DNA of 64,000 bases from Vulcanimicrobiota bacterium (GTDB taxonomy: Bacteria > Vulcanimicrobiota > Vulcanimicrobiia > Eremiobacterales > Eremiobacteraceae), in the NCBI GenBank assembly GCA_963805945.1, contig CAWDVP010000001.1:96001-160000 (forward strand). The letters run 5' to 3'. Within the stretch, counting starts at the first letter, position 1. Each line of letters begins with the position of its first letter. Below are positions 1 to 12,404 of this stretch, in pieces. Below the pieces are notes generated by a model. The model made no database searches, was not told the DNA's origin, and saw only the letters and a list, made by a program, of their open reading frames with translations. The translations under genes and the position numbers were made by a program.

Positions 1-311
1 AGGCTCACCTCGACTCGCGTGACCGCGCCGGCCGCTACCGCTACCTGCCGGTTTGAGATCGGCGCAAAACCGGCTGCGCGCGCCTGCAGCCCGTAGACTC
101 CCTCTTCGATTTCGCCGAAGGTGAAAGCGCCGCGCGCGTCCGACGACGTCTCGAAACGATGCGCCGGCGAGCGCAAGGTCACCGTGGCGCCGACGATGGC
201 GACGCCACTCGTATCTTTGACGCTGCCTTCGATCGAACCGGGGGCCGCGGCTGCCGGGGCCGCGCACAGCACGAGCAGCCCTATTGTCATCAGCGCGGCG
301 CGTGGCCACAT
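1..311 (-). CDS. N-terminal part of a secreted carboxypeptidase-regulatory-like domain protein, probably a TonB-dependent receptor (runs off the window)
   Basis: Manual translation: MWPRAALMTIGLLVLCAAPAAAAPGSIEGSVKDTSGVAIVGATVTL...SDARGAFTFGEIEEGVYGLQARAAGFAP; signal peptide plus typical motifs of this domain. Confidence 0.75.
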   Translation of the reverse strand, partial: MWPRAALMTIGLLVLCAAPAAAAPGSIEGSVKDTSGVAIVGATVTLRSPAHRFETSSDARGAFTFGEIEEGVYGLQARAAGFAPISNRQVAVAAGAVTRVEVS

Positions 312-357
312 GTTGAAAGGACTTGTCAGCGGCCGGGGTAAGCGCCTTCTTCGTACC

Positions 358-1249
358 ATGAAAGATCGCTTAGAAGGCATTCTGCTGGGCTCGCTGGGCG
401 TGCTCGCGTTCAGCATCACGCTTCCCGCCACGCGCTTCGTCGTGCCGCAGCTCGGCGCGGCGTTCATCGGCTTCGGCCGTGGCGCGGTGGCCGGCGCACT
501 CGCGCTGTTGGTCGTGCTCATCATGCGCGAGCCGCTGCCGCCGAGGCAATACTGGAGCGGCCTGGCGATCGTCGTCGCTGGGCGTCACCATCGGCTTCCC
601 GTTGTTCTCCGCGATCGCGCTGCGCACGCTGCCGAGCGCGCATAGCGCGGTGGTCGTCGGCCTGCTGCCGGCGGCGACCGCGATCATGGCGGTGCTGCTC
701 GTCCACGAACGGCCTCAACCCGCCTTCTGGTTCGCCAGCGCCGCCGGCGTCATCGCGGTGCTGCTCTTCGCCGCGGTCGAAGGCGCGGGCCGCCCGCAGC
801 TGCCCGATCTGCTCTTGCTGCTCGCGGTTTTCGGCGGGGCGATCGGCTATGCCGAGGGCGGCCGCATCGCCAAGCACATCGGTGGCTTCCGGGTCATCTT
901 GTGGGCGCTCGTCATCTGCGTGCCGTTCCTCGTGCCGCCGACGCTGTGGCTCGCCCTCCATGGCGGCCTGCACGCCGAGCCTGCCGGCTGGCTCGCTTTC
1001 GGCTACGTCGCGCTGATCAGCCAGTTCCTGGCGTTCTTGCCGTGGTACCGGGGGCTCGTGCTGGCGGGCGTGGCGTACACCAGCCAGCTCCAGCTGGCGC
1101 AGCCGGTCCTCACGATCGCCTGGTCCGCTTGGCTGCTGCACGAGCACGTGGGTGGCGTGACCATCGCCGCGTCGCTGCTGGTCATCGGCTGCGCGGCGGC
1201 GACACAATGGACCCGGCCGCCGCTCGCGGAAGAATTACCGGTCGAATAA
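358..1249 (+). CDS. DMT/EamA family transporter, frameshift near 580
   Basis: MKDRLEGILLGSLGVLAFSITLPATR... continues in another frame as GVTIGFPLFSAIAL...QLQLAQPVLT; about 10 hydrophobic segments. Confidence 0.85.
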
Positions 1250-1276
1250 ATTCGACCGCTCCATACGAATCGAGAT

Positions 1277-3557
1277 ATGAGAAAACGGATCGTCCTCGGC
1301 TGCGTCGCGCTGCTCGCCTGCTGCGCTCTCGCGCGGCTCCTGCCGTATGCCGCGCCTATCCGTGCGACGGACATCGCACAGGATAGCCAGGCGATCGAAT
1401 TCACCGACCGCAACGGCCTGCCGCTCGGCACGCTGCTCGCGCGCGATCAAGAGCACACCGCCGCCGTGCCGCTCGAGCGCGTCTCACCGCTCTTCCTGCA
1501 CGCCATCGTCGCGGCGGAAGACGCGCGCTTCTTCCAGGATGGCCCGGTGGACTACCGCGCGCTGGCGCGTTCCGCCGCGCAGGCGCTGCGCGCGCGGCGC
1601 GTGGTGAGCGGCGGTTCCACGATCACGATGCAGCTCGCGCGCATGGTGAGCGGCGCGCCGAGCACGCCGCTCGGCAAGGCGCAGCAGATCTGGGTCGCAT
1701 GGCGTATCGCCGCGGGCATGGACCGGGATCAGATCCTCGAGGCGTACGTCAACCGGCTGCCGATGGGCGGCAATGTCTATGGCGTCGAGGCGGCGTCACG
1801 GACCTACTTCGGCACGGCCGCCCGCGATCTCGATCTCGCGCAAGCCGCGGCGCTCGCCGCGATCCCCAACGACCCGGTCGGTCTCGACCCGTATCATCAC
1901 GCACCAGACCTCAGGCGGCGCGAGGCCTACGTGCTCGATCGCATGGTCGCGCGCGGCGACATCACGTCCGCGCGCGCGCAGCGGGCGCTCGCCGAGCACA
2001 TCTCGTTGCAGCCGCGCAGCCGCGGCATTATCGCGGCGCCGCACTTCCTGTTCTGGCTCGCCGGGCAGCTGCCGGCGCGCACGGCGCGCGTGCGCACGAC
2101 CATCGACCGGCCGCTGCAGCAGTTCGTCGAGACGCAGCTCCAGCAGGTCATCGGCGCGCTCTCGTCGCGCAATGTGCGCAACGCCGCGGCGCTGGTCGTC
2201 GACAACCACACAGGCGAGGTGCTCGCATACGTCGGCTCGCCCGATTATTTCTCCGAGGCGGATCAGGGCCGCAACGACGGCGTGCAGGCGCTGCGCCAGC
2301 CCGGATCGACGCTTAAGCCTTTCCTCTACGAGTTCGCGCTCGAGACGCGGACGATCCATCCGAACACGATCCTGGCCGACGTGCCCGCCCACTACGCCAT
2401 CCCCGGCGCGAAGCTGTACAGCCCGACCGACTATAGCGAGACTTTCCAGGGACCGGTGCGCGTCCGCATCGCGCTGGCGGATTCGCTCAACGTGCCCGCG
2501 GTGCGCGTGCTGGAGAAGGTCGGCGTGTCGCCGTTTCTCGAGCGTCTGCACGCGCTCGGCTTCGCGCACCTCGATCGCAGCGCCGACTACTACGGGCTCG
2601 GCTTGACGCTCGGCGGCGGCGAGGTGCGCCTGTGGGAGCTCGCGCACGGCTACGTCGTCGCCGCGCGGCGCGGCGCACCCGTTGATTTGACCACGTGGTT
2701 TCCCGAGACGAGTGGGAATGGAGCGGTCGAATCTCATTCGACCGCCCGCGGGCGCCGCTATCGGCACTCCGGCCGCTGGGAGCTCGTCACCGATATGCTC
2801 AGCGACGCGCACGCACGCGCCCGATCGTTCGGCTTCGTCTCCGCGCTCGACGTGCCGTTCCCCGCGGCGGTGAAGACCGGCACGTCGTCGGACTTCCGCG
2901 ACACGTGGACCGTCGGCTTCACGACGCGATTACACGGTGGCGGTGTGGGTCGGCAACTTCAACGGCGAGCCGATGCGGCGGGTGTCGGGCGTCGCCGGCG
3001 CGGCGCCGCTGTGGAATCGCATCATGCTGCATCTGCACGAGGCCCGCGAGCCTGCGCCGTTCCTGGCGCCGCAAGGCATGCTGGCACGTCAGATCTGCGC
3101 GCAGACGGGCTACAAGCCGACGCCCGATTGCGATTCCGTCGTGTCGGAATATCTGTGGCCGGAGGACCTGCAGACGTACGAGCGTCCGCAAGAGGCCGCC
3201 GGCTTGCCGCGCGAGTACGATGAGTGGCTCGCACTGCAGCACCGCGCGCCAGCATCGGGCAGCGGCTTCCGCATCGTGGCGCCGCGTGAAGGCGACTACT
3301 ATCTCGTCACGCCGAGCGCCGCCGGGCGAGAACGCTTGAAGTTCCAAGCGGCCGCGCTGCCGGGACGTCCGGTGGATTGGCTGCTCAACGGCCGGCACGT
3401 CGCCAGCGGACCCGCCTATTTCTTCTGGCCGATGAAGGCCGGCCATTTCACCGTCGAGGCCGCCAGCGCCGGCCATGTCGATCGCGTCGCCTTCGACGTC
3501 GCTGCGGGCACGATCGCGCGCGAGCCGCGCCGCGGGTTCTCATTCATCTCGCGTTGA
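1277..3557 (+). CDS. pbpC: Penicillin-binding protein 1C, frameshift near 2925
   Basis: Transglycosylase motifs EDARFF and GGSTITMQLAR; transpeptidase motifs STLK, SLN, KTGT; C-terminal part in ORF 2937..3557 (VWVGNFNG). Confidence 0.9.
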
Positions 3558-3567
3558 ATGTGTCACG

Positions 3568-3999
3568 ATGAGACCGATGGATAGCGACGATCAGAACTTC
3601 CTCGGCGCACTTGAGGCGGCGAGCATTCCCAATGCAGCCTTCCGGCATGCCGATCACCTGCGTGCCGTGTTCCTCTACCTCACGCGCGACGGCTATCCCG
3701 GCGGCGCTGATGCGGTCGCGGCGGCCATCAAACGCTTCGCGGCAGCGCATGGCGCGAGCGGTAAGTATCATGAGACCCTCACCCGCACGTGGGCGCGGCT
3801 CGTCGCCGCGCACATGCGGTCGAGATCGCCCGGTGTCGCCGCGTTCGGACCCTTCATCGAGGCGAACCCGGAGCTCTTGGACAAAGCGCTGCCGGCGCAT
3901 TTCTACTCCCAAGAGCGGCTCTTCAGCCCGGCCGCGCGAGAGCGCTTGCAAGAACCGGATCTTCACGCGTTGCCTGCGGTATCTCCCTGGCCGTCATAG
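3568..3999 (+). CDS. Conserved hypothetical protein (F-x-H-x-D-H-L-R ... YHETLT family)
   Basis: ORF with motifs FRHADHLR, GKYHETLT, HFYSQERLFS, EPDL. Confidence 0.7.
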   Translation: MRPMDSDDQNFLGALEAASIPNAAFRHADHLRAVFLYLTRDGYPGGADAVAAAIKRFAAAHGASGKYHETLTRTWARLVAAHMRSRSPGVAAFGPFIEANPELLDKALPAHFYSQERLFSPAARERLQEPDLHALPAVSPWPS

Positions 4000-4009
4000 C
4001 GCCCGGAAC

Positions 4010-4044
4010 ATGTAGGGGCCGATCTTTAGATCGGCCCCTTTTTT
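4010..4044 (+). repeat. GTAG-type REP-like palindrome, also a probable intrinsic terminator
   Basis: TGTAG-GGGCCGATCT-TT-AGATCGGCCC followed by a T run, between convergent genes. Confidence 0.8.
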
Positions 4045-4069
4045 GTGGTCCGCGGCGAGGACGGGATGA

Positions 4070-4459
4070 TTACGGCGTCCAGGTGGTCCCGTTCACGAAT
4101 ACCACTTTGACCGCTTTGCATGTGGTATGCGCGCCCGCATAGTACTTGACGTCGCTGAAGATGTCGTAGGTGTGCTCTATCAACTGGTTCGGGGCGAAAC
4201 CTTGCTGGCCGATGTCTGTCGCGCGCCGCGTGTAGGTCTGCCAGCTGACCGCGAAGATGACTTCTTTGGCCACGCGCGACGAGACGTTTGTCCACGAGAT
4301 ATGGACCGGGCCGGCGTTCTTGCTCAAGAGGGCCGGCTTGCCGACGACGCATTGGCTGACCGAGATCGGGTTCGGCGCCGCAGATGCCGTGCCGGCGATC
4401 GAGCCGACGGCCGCGAGCGCGATGGCCGCGACGAGAAGAATGCGCTGGAAGTTCTTCAT
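4070..4459 (-). CDS. Secreted hypothetical protein with two Cys
   Basis: MKNFQRILLVAAIALAAVGSIAGTASA signal peptide; AAGGA RBS upstream. Confidence 0.75.
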   Translation of the reverse strand: MKNFQRILLVAAIALAAVGSIAGTASAAPNPISVSQCVVGKPALLSKNAGPVHISWTNVSSRVAKEVIFAVSWQTYTRRATDIGQQGFAPNQLIEHTYDIFSDVKYYAGAHTTCKAVKVVFVNGTTWTP

Positions 4460-4629
4460 GAGAGTCCTTTCAAGGAGCGAAAAAAAGCACGCAAAAACTG
4501 TTCTGCCCATGGTTCGGGAGGCCGGGGAACCGCCCCTACGCGGGTGTCGGTCTTGGTCGCACCTGTTAAGCCCCGCCTAACATGCGCATGCTATGCTGGT
4601 CCTCCCCTGACTTCGGAGCACGAGACACC

Positions 4630-5043
4630 ATGACACACCAACTCAACGTCGTCCTCATCGCGCACGATGCGCGCAAAGAGGAGATGGCGCAATGGGCCGC
4701 CTTCAACGCCGGCTCGCTCGCCGGCTGCAACATCTTCGCGACCGCGACGACCGGTCACTTGGTCGCCGAGCGAGTCGGCTTGCCGCTGACGACGCTGCTT
4801 TCCGGGCCGCTCGGCGGCGACGCGCAAGTCGGCGCGATGATCGCCGAACGCCGCGTCGACGTCATCTTCTTCTTCTGGGATCCGCTCACGCCGCAGCCGC
4901 ACGACGTCGACGTGAAGGCGCTGCTGCGCCTCGCGGTCCTCTACGACGTGCCGATGGCGTGCAACCGGCGTTCGGCCGACCTGCTCATCTCGTCACCGCT
5001 GTTCGCGGACGTGGCGTATCACCGGGCGGAGCGTTCGGCGTGA
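4630..5043 (+). CDS. mgsA: Methylglyoxal synthase
   Basis: LIAHDARK, ATATTG, SGPLGGDAQVG, FFWDPL...PHDVDVKALLR. Confidence 0.95.
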   Translation: MTHQLNVVLIAHDARKEEMAQWAAFNAGSLAGCNIFATATTGHLVAERVGLPLTTLLSGPLGGDAQVGAMIAERRVDVIFFFWDPLTPQPHDVDVKALLRLAVLYDVPMACNRRSADLLISSPLFADVAYHRAERSA

Positions 5044-5047
5044 TCGA

Positions 5048-5075
5048 GGGCCGATCTAAAGATCGGCCCCTACAT
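5048..5075 (-). repeat. GTAG-type REP-like palindrome
   Basis: Reverse complement of the copy at 4010. Confidence 0.8.
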
Positions 5076-5080
5076 CCACT

Positions 5081-8000
5081 TCACGGTGAGACGATGAGCG
5101 TCGAGGACGCGCTGCGCCCGAACTCCTCCGGCGCGTACTGCAGATGCGCTTCCGCGCCGGGCCACTGATACGTGCCCGGCGTCACCGAACGCGCCAGATA
5201 ATGGAAGCTGTAGACGCCTGCGTCGAGGTGGTTCGCGTACGCGACGACGCGGTCCGCATAGATCACCTGATAGTCGATATCCCATGAATCGCCGCGCGCT
5301 TGGAAATACTGCGTCGACGTTTGGAAGCTCGCGTCGACGGCCTCCAGGCCTGCGGGCAGCGGATCGCTGATGACGACGTGGTCTACCGGATGATCGGTGA
5401 TGACTTCCAGTTCGATGTCGAACACCTGCGCCGAGCCGAGCGTCAGCGCGTCGGACGGCACCGCGAGGCCGAACGAGCGCACGACCGCGTCTTGGTTCGC
5501 GGCGCGCACGAGGCGCGTGATCCGCAACCCGTTGAGCGCGCCGGGCTGGTCGCCGAGCAGACGATAGCGGTACGCGAGGACGTAGTGCAGCATGCCGACG
5601 CCCGATTTCGCGAGGACGACGTCGCTGGCGCCCTTGGGCAGCTGCGCCATCGGCACGTGCGCCTCGCGCAGCGGATTGCGATAGCCTTCGAAATGCTCGC
5701 TCGCGCGCTGCGTGCCGCCCACGCCGAGCGTCGCCGTGAAATTCGCATTCGCCGGCTGGGCTCGGCTATAGTCCACCAGCGCCGTCAAGGCCGCCGCGTT
5801 GTCGTAATATTCTGGCCATGACCCGCGCGCGCGCTGCGCGATCACCGTCCGGGCAAGTTTGTCGAGCAGTTCCGCCGGCGCGTGACGCTCGACGAACAGC
5901 CGCAGCGCTTCGGACTGGCCGATCGTCGGCGAGCTCAGCCAACCCCACTCGTCGGGCAGATTGAGCGACGCGTTGCGGCCGGTCTCGTAGATGGACTCCT
6001 GGATCTTCTCCGCCATCGCATCGGCCTGCGTCTTCCAACCCGGGAACCGCGAGAGATAGCGCGCCAGCTTGATGGTGTCTACCTCGTCGAGCGCGTCACG
6101 CCGATCGTAGATATCGCTGAGGAAGTCGTTGCGCTGCTCGCCGAGATCCGCCAGCGCGAGCAGCGAACGCAGGCGCAGTTCGTCGACGCACGTGACGGCA
6201 TAGCACCACTTGAAGCGCGTCGGGTCGGCGATGACCTTCTTGAGATACGCGCGTAGCCGCGCCAGCATCGCCGGGTCGACCGCGAGGCCGGCGCTTTGGG
6301 CACGCGCCAACGCTTCGCCCGCGTACGCGGAGACCCACGGATCGGAGATCTTGTCCCCGGGCCAGGTGGCGAAACCGCCATCGGCCACTTGCAGCTTGAG
6401 CAGGCGTTCGACGTCATGCGCCGCCGCGGCGACGGGATGGAAGTCGGGATAGATCTGGCCGTAGCGCGTCGCGAGGATCTGCATGTCGGCGGTGATGAGC
6501 AGCTGGCTGGAGATCGGCTCGAGGAAGGGCAGGTCTTCATCCTCATCGAGGTCGGCTTTCGCGCGCGCGGTGAATTCCGGCAGCAAGATGCTCGCGAGCT
6601 CGACATCGAGCCCGCCGAGGCTCGCATCCACCTTAGGATCGACGACGATCGGGATCTTGACGGTATCCGCGGTTGCGCCGACCTCGACGGCCTGCTCGCT
6701 GATCGGCAGCGTGCGCAGTTCGAGCGGCACTTCGAAGCCGTCGCTGAGGGCGCCGAGCCTAGTCGTGAAGCGCACGCGCGTCGCGCCCAACCCAGTGGCG
6801 ATCATCGGAATACGATACGCGCGCGTGCCGGCTTCGATCGCAGGCGTGAGCGTCGTCGACTGCGTCTGCTGGCCATTGCTGTCGAACTGCAGCGGGCCGC
6901 TCAGCGCTCCCGCGATCGAGAGCTGACCGGTCTGGTTGTCGGTGTTGGTGACCTCAAGTCCGGCCTCGAAGCGATCGCCCGGCCGCGCGAATTGCGGCAG
7001 CACGGGATTGGTGAGCAGCGGCTTGCTCGCGACGAAGGTCGCGTCACTGCCGCCGAACCGCCATTGCGCGCTGTCCGCGCCGCGGCCGCTGCTCGCGACG
7101 ACGAGCACGCGCCAGGTCGTCAGATCATCCGGCAGCGTGAAGGTCGCGCTGCCCGCGCCGGCCGCGTCGGTCAGAAGCGCACCCTTATAATAGGCGAGCG
7201 GCTGGAAGTTGGTGCGGATGCGCGTGCCCGCTGCCGCGGCGGACACGCCGCCGCCATAGCCCCAGCCTTTCTGCAGCGGCGTGTCGAACGGCCGCAGCAC
7301 CACGTTCGGGCGGTTGTCGGAAAAGCGCGTCGGGATAGGCTGGTTGGCGAAGACCGTCGCGAGCAGGTCGGGTGGGCGATAGCCGGAGAGCTGCAGGATC
7401 GCCTCGTTGACCACCATGACGGTGAACTCGCCTTGCACCGGATGGCCTTGCGCGTCGCGCATCGCCAGGCGCACCGTTTGCTGCTGTCCGGGTTCGAGCT
7501 TCGCTTTGGCCGGCGTGACGGCGACCGAGAGCTTCCTGTCGTCGAGGCTTGCGGTGAGCGGCGCGAAGCCGGCGCGCGACAGGCTGTCGAGACCCTGCGG
7601 CACCGATTTCGAGAGCGGCACGCCCTGCCGGACGAGCACCGCTTCGACCGCGGCGTTCGGTAGCATATCCGGCGTGACCGTGAAGCTGACGCGCGGCGCG
7701 CCGCCGGTGACGTGCGCCACGGTGTGATAGAGCGTGCCGTAGCGCACGACGGCGAGGTAGAGCTCGCCCGCCGGGTACGGAGATTCGATGAGCGCGGTGG
7801 CCGTGTCGCCGGGTTTATACGTCTTCTTATCGAGCTTGATGGTGAGCTGGTCGGGATTCTCATTGCCCCAATCGACGATGTCGTTGCCCGCGGCCCAGAT
7901 CTGGAGGTCGCTTGCGGTGACGTCGTCTCTCGCGCCGGCGAAATTCGCGCGCACCCGATAGATGCCCGAGGACGGCGGGGTGAGATGCGCCGCCTGCGGC

Positions 8001-10770
8001 GTCGTGCCGGAGCGCACGTCGGCCTCTGCGACCTTCTTGTAGTCCACTTGCCAGCGGTCGGAGCTGCTGCCCTCGATGAGCTGGGTGACGCTGCTGTATT
8101 TCACCGCGTCCAGCTCCAGATGCACGCGTTCGCCCTCAAGCGGCGCCCCGTGCGGATCGGTCACGATGACGTTGACGGAGACCGGCGCGCCGGTGCGTGC
8201 GACGAAGTCGCTCTGCAGTCCGATCAGCTTGTCGCTGGGGAGCGCGGTGAAGGTCTTCGAGTCGGCCACGGAGAGATTCGAAACGTCGGTCGTCTCCATG
8301 TCGACGCGATACGCCATCGGGATAGGGCAGATCGCCGCCCACCGACACGCTCAGGTTGCTCGCGCCGTCCGCGCCGATCGCCCCTGCGTCCTGCGCCACA
8401 TCGCTGCCGAGCGACGGCGCTTCCTCGGGCCAGAACCATTGCCGTCCGAACCAGAACTCGTCCCAGCCCTTCGGCGTGAACGCCGTCTGCTGGCGCGTCA
8501 CGTAGAACTTGTAGCGCCCGCCCTGCACAGGCGAGCCGAAGAGATACGTGCTCTTCGCGGTGGCGGCGACCGCTTCGCCGGCGCGGGCGAATTCTTTGTC
8601 GAGCTTCAACTCGACCTTGAAATTCGGCGGCTTGAACTCGGCGACGCGGAACGTGCCGCTGATGATGTCGCCGCTCGGACCTTTCGCGCTGATGGTGTAG
8701 TAGCCGAGCGCCTGGTTCGGCTTGAAATGGAGCTGCAGCGAGAAGGTGCCGAACGCGTTGGTCGGCGCAGAGCCGAGATCGCTCACCGCACCGTTGGGAT
8801 CTTCGAGCGAGACCTTGTAGCTCGTGTCGGCGTCGCGCCGCAGCGCGCCGCGATAGAGGTAGTACGCCTCGCCCGTGAACCAGCCGCTCTCACCCGGTTG
8901 GTACAGCTGCCGATCGGAGAAGATGGCGCCGCGCGATTGCGGGTCCTTGCTCCATTCCGCATCCATGTCGTATTGATAGGCGCCGCTGTACTCGAGCGTT
9001 CGGGTGAACGCCCAGTCGTCGCCTTCGCGCGCCACGGTGAGCAGCGCAGGCGCTTCTGCGAAGAGCGCATTCCCGTCCATGCATCGGCGCAGCGATGCGG
9101 CGTCGAAGAGCGCCGTGCCGCTCGCGTCGGCGACCGAGGTCGCGCACGCGGAAACGGAGCGCACGGTTGGTCTGCATGATCGCGACTGCCATACCTCGAT
9201 CCGCGCGCCCGCTGCCGGCGAGCCATCGGAGAGGTGGTGGACGCGCACCAAGCCCGATTCGGGGAACCACTGCGCGAAGATGCCGAGGTTCGTAGTTGCA
9301 CCGCGCCGAAGACCTCTTTTTTCGGTTCCGGCGCCGCCGACATCGGCCGCCACGCTGTACGCGAGCAGCCCGGTCGGCCCGTGCAATTGCGCTCGCAGCG
9401 GCACGCCGCTGTGTTGCGCGGCATTGACCGCGCCGCTCGGCGGGCACGGTGGTCGGCCGATGCCGCGCTCAGCATCTCGCTGTCGCCGGGGTCCGCGAAG
9501 ACCAGATCGGCCGGCGTGACCGCTGGCGATGTTTCTGTGTATGCGTGCGCGGGCAGGTTTATCGCCCAGAAGTCCAGTTGCAGATCGTCGCCCGCAGGGA
9601 AGATGAAGAACCCGCTCGGCGCCCAGACGTTGGGCGTCAGATCTCCGGTGGCATACGTGACCGACTTCGCCGCGCCGAGCGTCTGTCCGAAGGTGTCTTT
9701 GAGGCCCGGCGCGATCGTCACCGTGTAGGTGGTGGCCGGGTCGAACGCATCCTCGTTGAAGTCCACGTAGCGGCTGTCGTCCTCGGGGTTGAACGGCTTC
9801 GCGCCGCCCTTGAGCGCGGGGGTCACGGTGATGTTCGCCTGGACGGAGTCAGCGGCGACCGGGTTGTTGAACTGCAGACGTCGTCGGCACCGCGCTGAAA
9901 CGGCCGAGGCGTTTCGGTGTCGTAGACGCTTGCCGATCTTCTCGAATGCGAGCGGGCCGTAGACATCGAAGGCGCCGGTCATCTCGGCGGCGCTTGCAGA
10001 TTGCCGTGCGCCGGCTGGATGCCGGGGCCGAACACAAGGCTGTACTGACGTGCCCTTGTCGAGCGGATTGCGGGGCGAGACGTCGTAGACCCAGCCCTTG
10101 GCGGACGGGTCGAACGTGTCGTGGGCCTGGCTATACGGATACGGGGTCGGCTGCTTCTCGAGTTTGACCGCACGGGCACGCGCGCGCCGCCCGCGCGACA
10201 CCATGGCGCCGACGCGTTCGAGCGACCCCGTGTCGAGCTCGCGTGTTGGCGCCGATCTGGAACGTCGGCTCGGGTCCGAACGGCACGGAGTCTTCCTTGA
10301 TGACCGGCAGGTTGTCCAACTGGATCTGCGGCGTGCGTGAACGTCCACGCGACGTCGTGGTCGAGCGTGTGGTTTTCGAGATCGGTCAACCCGGCGCGCA
10401 CGACGACCTGAATACGCGTCGCGATGGGCAGCGCCCGGTCGGCTTGGAACCCGACCATGCGCGGAGTGAGGAAACGGAAGTGGCCTGCGAGCGCAGGAGT
10501 GACGGAGAAATAGGCGAGTTTGCCCTGCTGATCGGGGGTTTCGATGGCTTCGACGGGTATGAGCGGCTGCTTGAAGCGGACGCGGATCTGCGCGTAATTG
10601 TCCGCTTGGCCGGTCGGGCTGATCTGCTCCACCCACACCGGCACTTTCGGCGGGGGCAGCGGCGCGACGGCCGGCAAGCGTGCCGCCTGCCTGCCGCAGG
10701 CGGTGAGCAACAGCAAAGCGGCGGCGACGAATACGAAATGCCGTCGAGCGGCCCCGCCGATGCCACGCAT
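5081..10770 (-). CDS. Alpha-2-macroglobulin family lipoprotein, split by several frameshifts
   Basis: Lipobox LTAC; DRQLYQPGE, FRVAEFKPP, LDKKTYKPGD, RTNFQPLAYY, LPDDLTTWRV, DPLPAGLE, YAPEEFGRS; spread over ORFs 9979..10806, 8783..10636, 8136..9404 and 5081..8317. Confidence 0.9.
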
Positions 10771-10824
10771 GTCCGGGCTCCTACATCCGTGGAAAAGCGC
10801 GCTCACACAGGCGCGCTGTTACCA

Positions 10825-10853
10825 TATATACTGCGTCGGCGCCCGTTCGTCAA
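10825..10853 (-). promoter_or_regulatory. Sigma70-type promoter for the macroglobulin gene
   Basis: TTGACG-N17-TATATA on the minus strand, about 55 nt upstream of the ATG. Confidence 0.55.
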
Positions 10854-10869
10854 TACGGATTTTGAATCG

Positions 10870-10897
10870 ATGTAGGGGCCGACCTTTAGGTCGGCCC
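10870..10897 (+). repeat. GTAG-type REP-like palindrome
   Basis: TGTAG-GGGCCGACCT-TT-AGGTCGGCCC, a compensatory variant of the 4010 copy. Confidence 0.8.
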
Positions 10898-10907
10898 TTG
10901 CGACGCG

Positions 10908-12339
10908 CTAGCCGCCGCCGGCGCCGACTCGATCCGCGCTCGGCTCGACCATGAGCGCCGGGTCGAGGATCTTTGCGAGCTCCTCTTCCGAGAGCTTCGT
11001 CTTCTCGCGCGCGACCTCGCGGATGGACTTGCCGGTCTTGGCCGCCTCTTTGGCGATCGCCGCCGCGGCGTCATAGCCGATGATCGGCGCGAGGCTGGTG
11101 CAGATGGCAAGACCTCGCTCCACCATCTCCGGGCCGCGCTCCGTGGCTTTGAGCCCGTCGACGAGTTGGCTGGCGAAGTTGCGCGAGCCGCTGCTCAGCA
11201 GCTCGATGGACTGCAGCAGGTCGTAGGCCACCAGCGGCATGGTCAGGTTGATCTCGAAGTTGCCGCTCTGGCCGCCGACCGTGATGGCGGCGTCGTTGCC
11301 GATCACCTGTATGCAGACCATGAGCATCGATTCGGCGATGACCGGGTTGACTTTGCCGGGCATGATCGACGACCCGGGCTGCACCGCGGGCAGCTCGAGC
11401 TCGCCGATGCCGGCACGCGGACCGGAGCCGAGCCAGCGCAAATCGTTCGCGATCTTCGTGAGCGACACGGCGATCGTCTTGAGCGCCCCGCTCGCGGCGA
11501 CCGCGTTGTCGAGCGACGCCTGCGCCTGGAAATGGTTGCTCGTCTCATGCACGTCGAGGCCCGTCATGCGCGACAGCCGAGCGGTCGCCCGCTTGGCGAA
11601 CTCCGGATGAGTGTTGATGCCGGTGCCGACCGCCGTGCCGCCCAGCGCCACTTCGCTCAGCTCGCGCAGCGCGGCCTCGGCGCGCACGATGCCGCGTTCG
11701 ACCTGGCCGGCGTAGCCGAGGAATTCTTGCCCCAGGCGGATGGGTGTCGCGTCTTGGAGGTGCGTGCGCCCGGTCTTGACGATGCCCCAGAACTCCTTGG
11801 ACTTCTTCTCGAGCGACGTGTGGAGCACGCGCAGCGCCGGCAGCAGGTCTTCTTTGATCGCGCTGGCGGCGGCGATGTGCGTCGCGGTCGGGATGACGTC
11901 GTTGCTGGACTGGCCGAAATTGACGTGGTCGTTCGGATGGATCTTCTTGGCGCCGGCGGCGGCGCGGCGGTTGGCGAGGTGGGCGATGACCTCGTTGGCG
12001 TTCATGTTCGTCGAGGTGCCGCGAACCCGTCTGGAAGATGTCGACAACGAAATGCGAATCGTGCTTGCCGTCGACGACCTCTTCGGCCGCCGCGACGATC
12101 GCGTCTGCGGCGTGCTTGTCGATCAGGCCTAGTTCCGCGTTGGTCTGCGCTGCGGCGAGCTTGACCTGTCCGAGCGCTCTGATGAAGCGCCGCGGATAGC
12201 GCAGCGAGCTGATGGGGAAATTGGACGCGGCGCGCTGCGTGCTGGCGCCATAGAGCGCGGATGCGGGCACCTGCATCTCGCCCATGGAGTCTTTTTCGGT
12301 GCGGGTCGCCGCGGCTTGGTCGTTCGTCTTCGTATCCAT
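10908..12339 (-). CDS. fumC: Fumarate hydratase class II, frameshift near 12022
   Basis: RTEKDSMGEM, FQTGS.TSTNMNANEV, GRTHLQDATP, GSSIMPGKVNP. Confidence 0.92.
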
Positions 12340-12404
12340 AGGGACCAGGTTCGGCGCGCGGCGACCTGCTACTGCTTAGAGGCTACGACCTAGGTCGCTC
12401 CCGG

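Noticed and set aside
4526..4552. Second ECF-type promoter upstream of mgsA
   Set aside because: GGAAC is present but the -10 match is poor.
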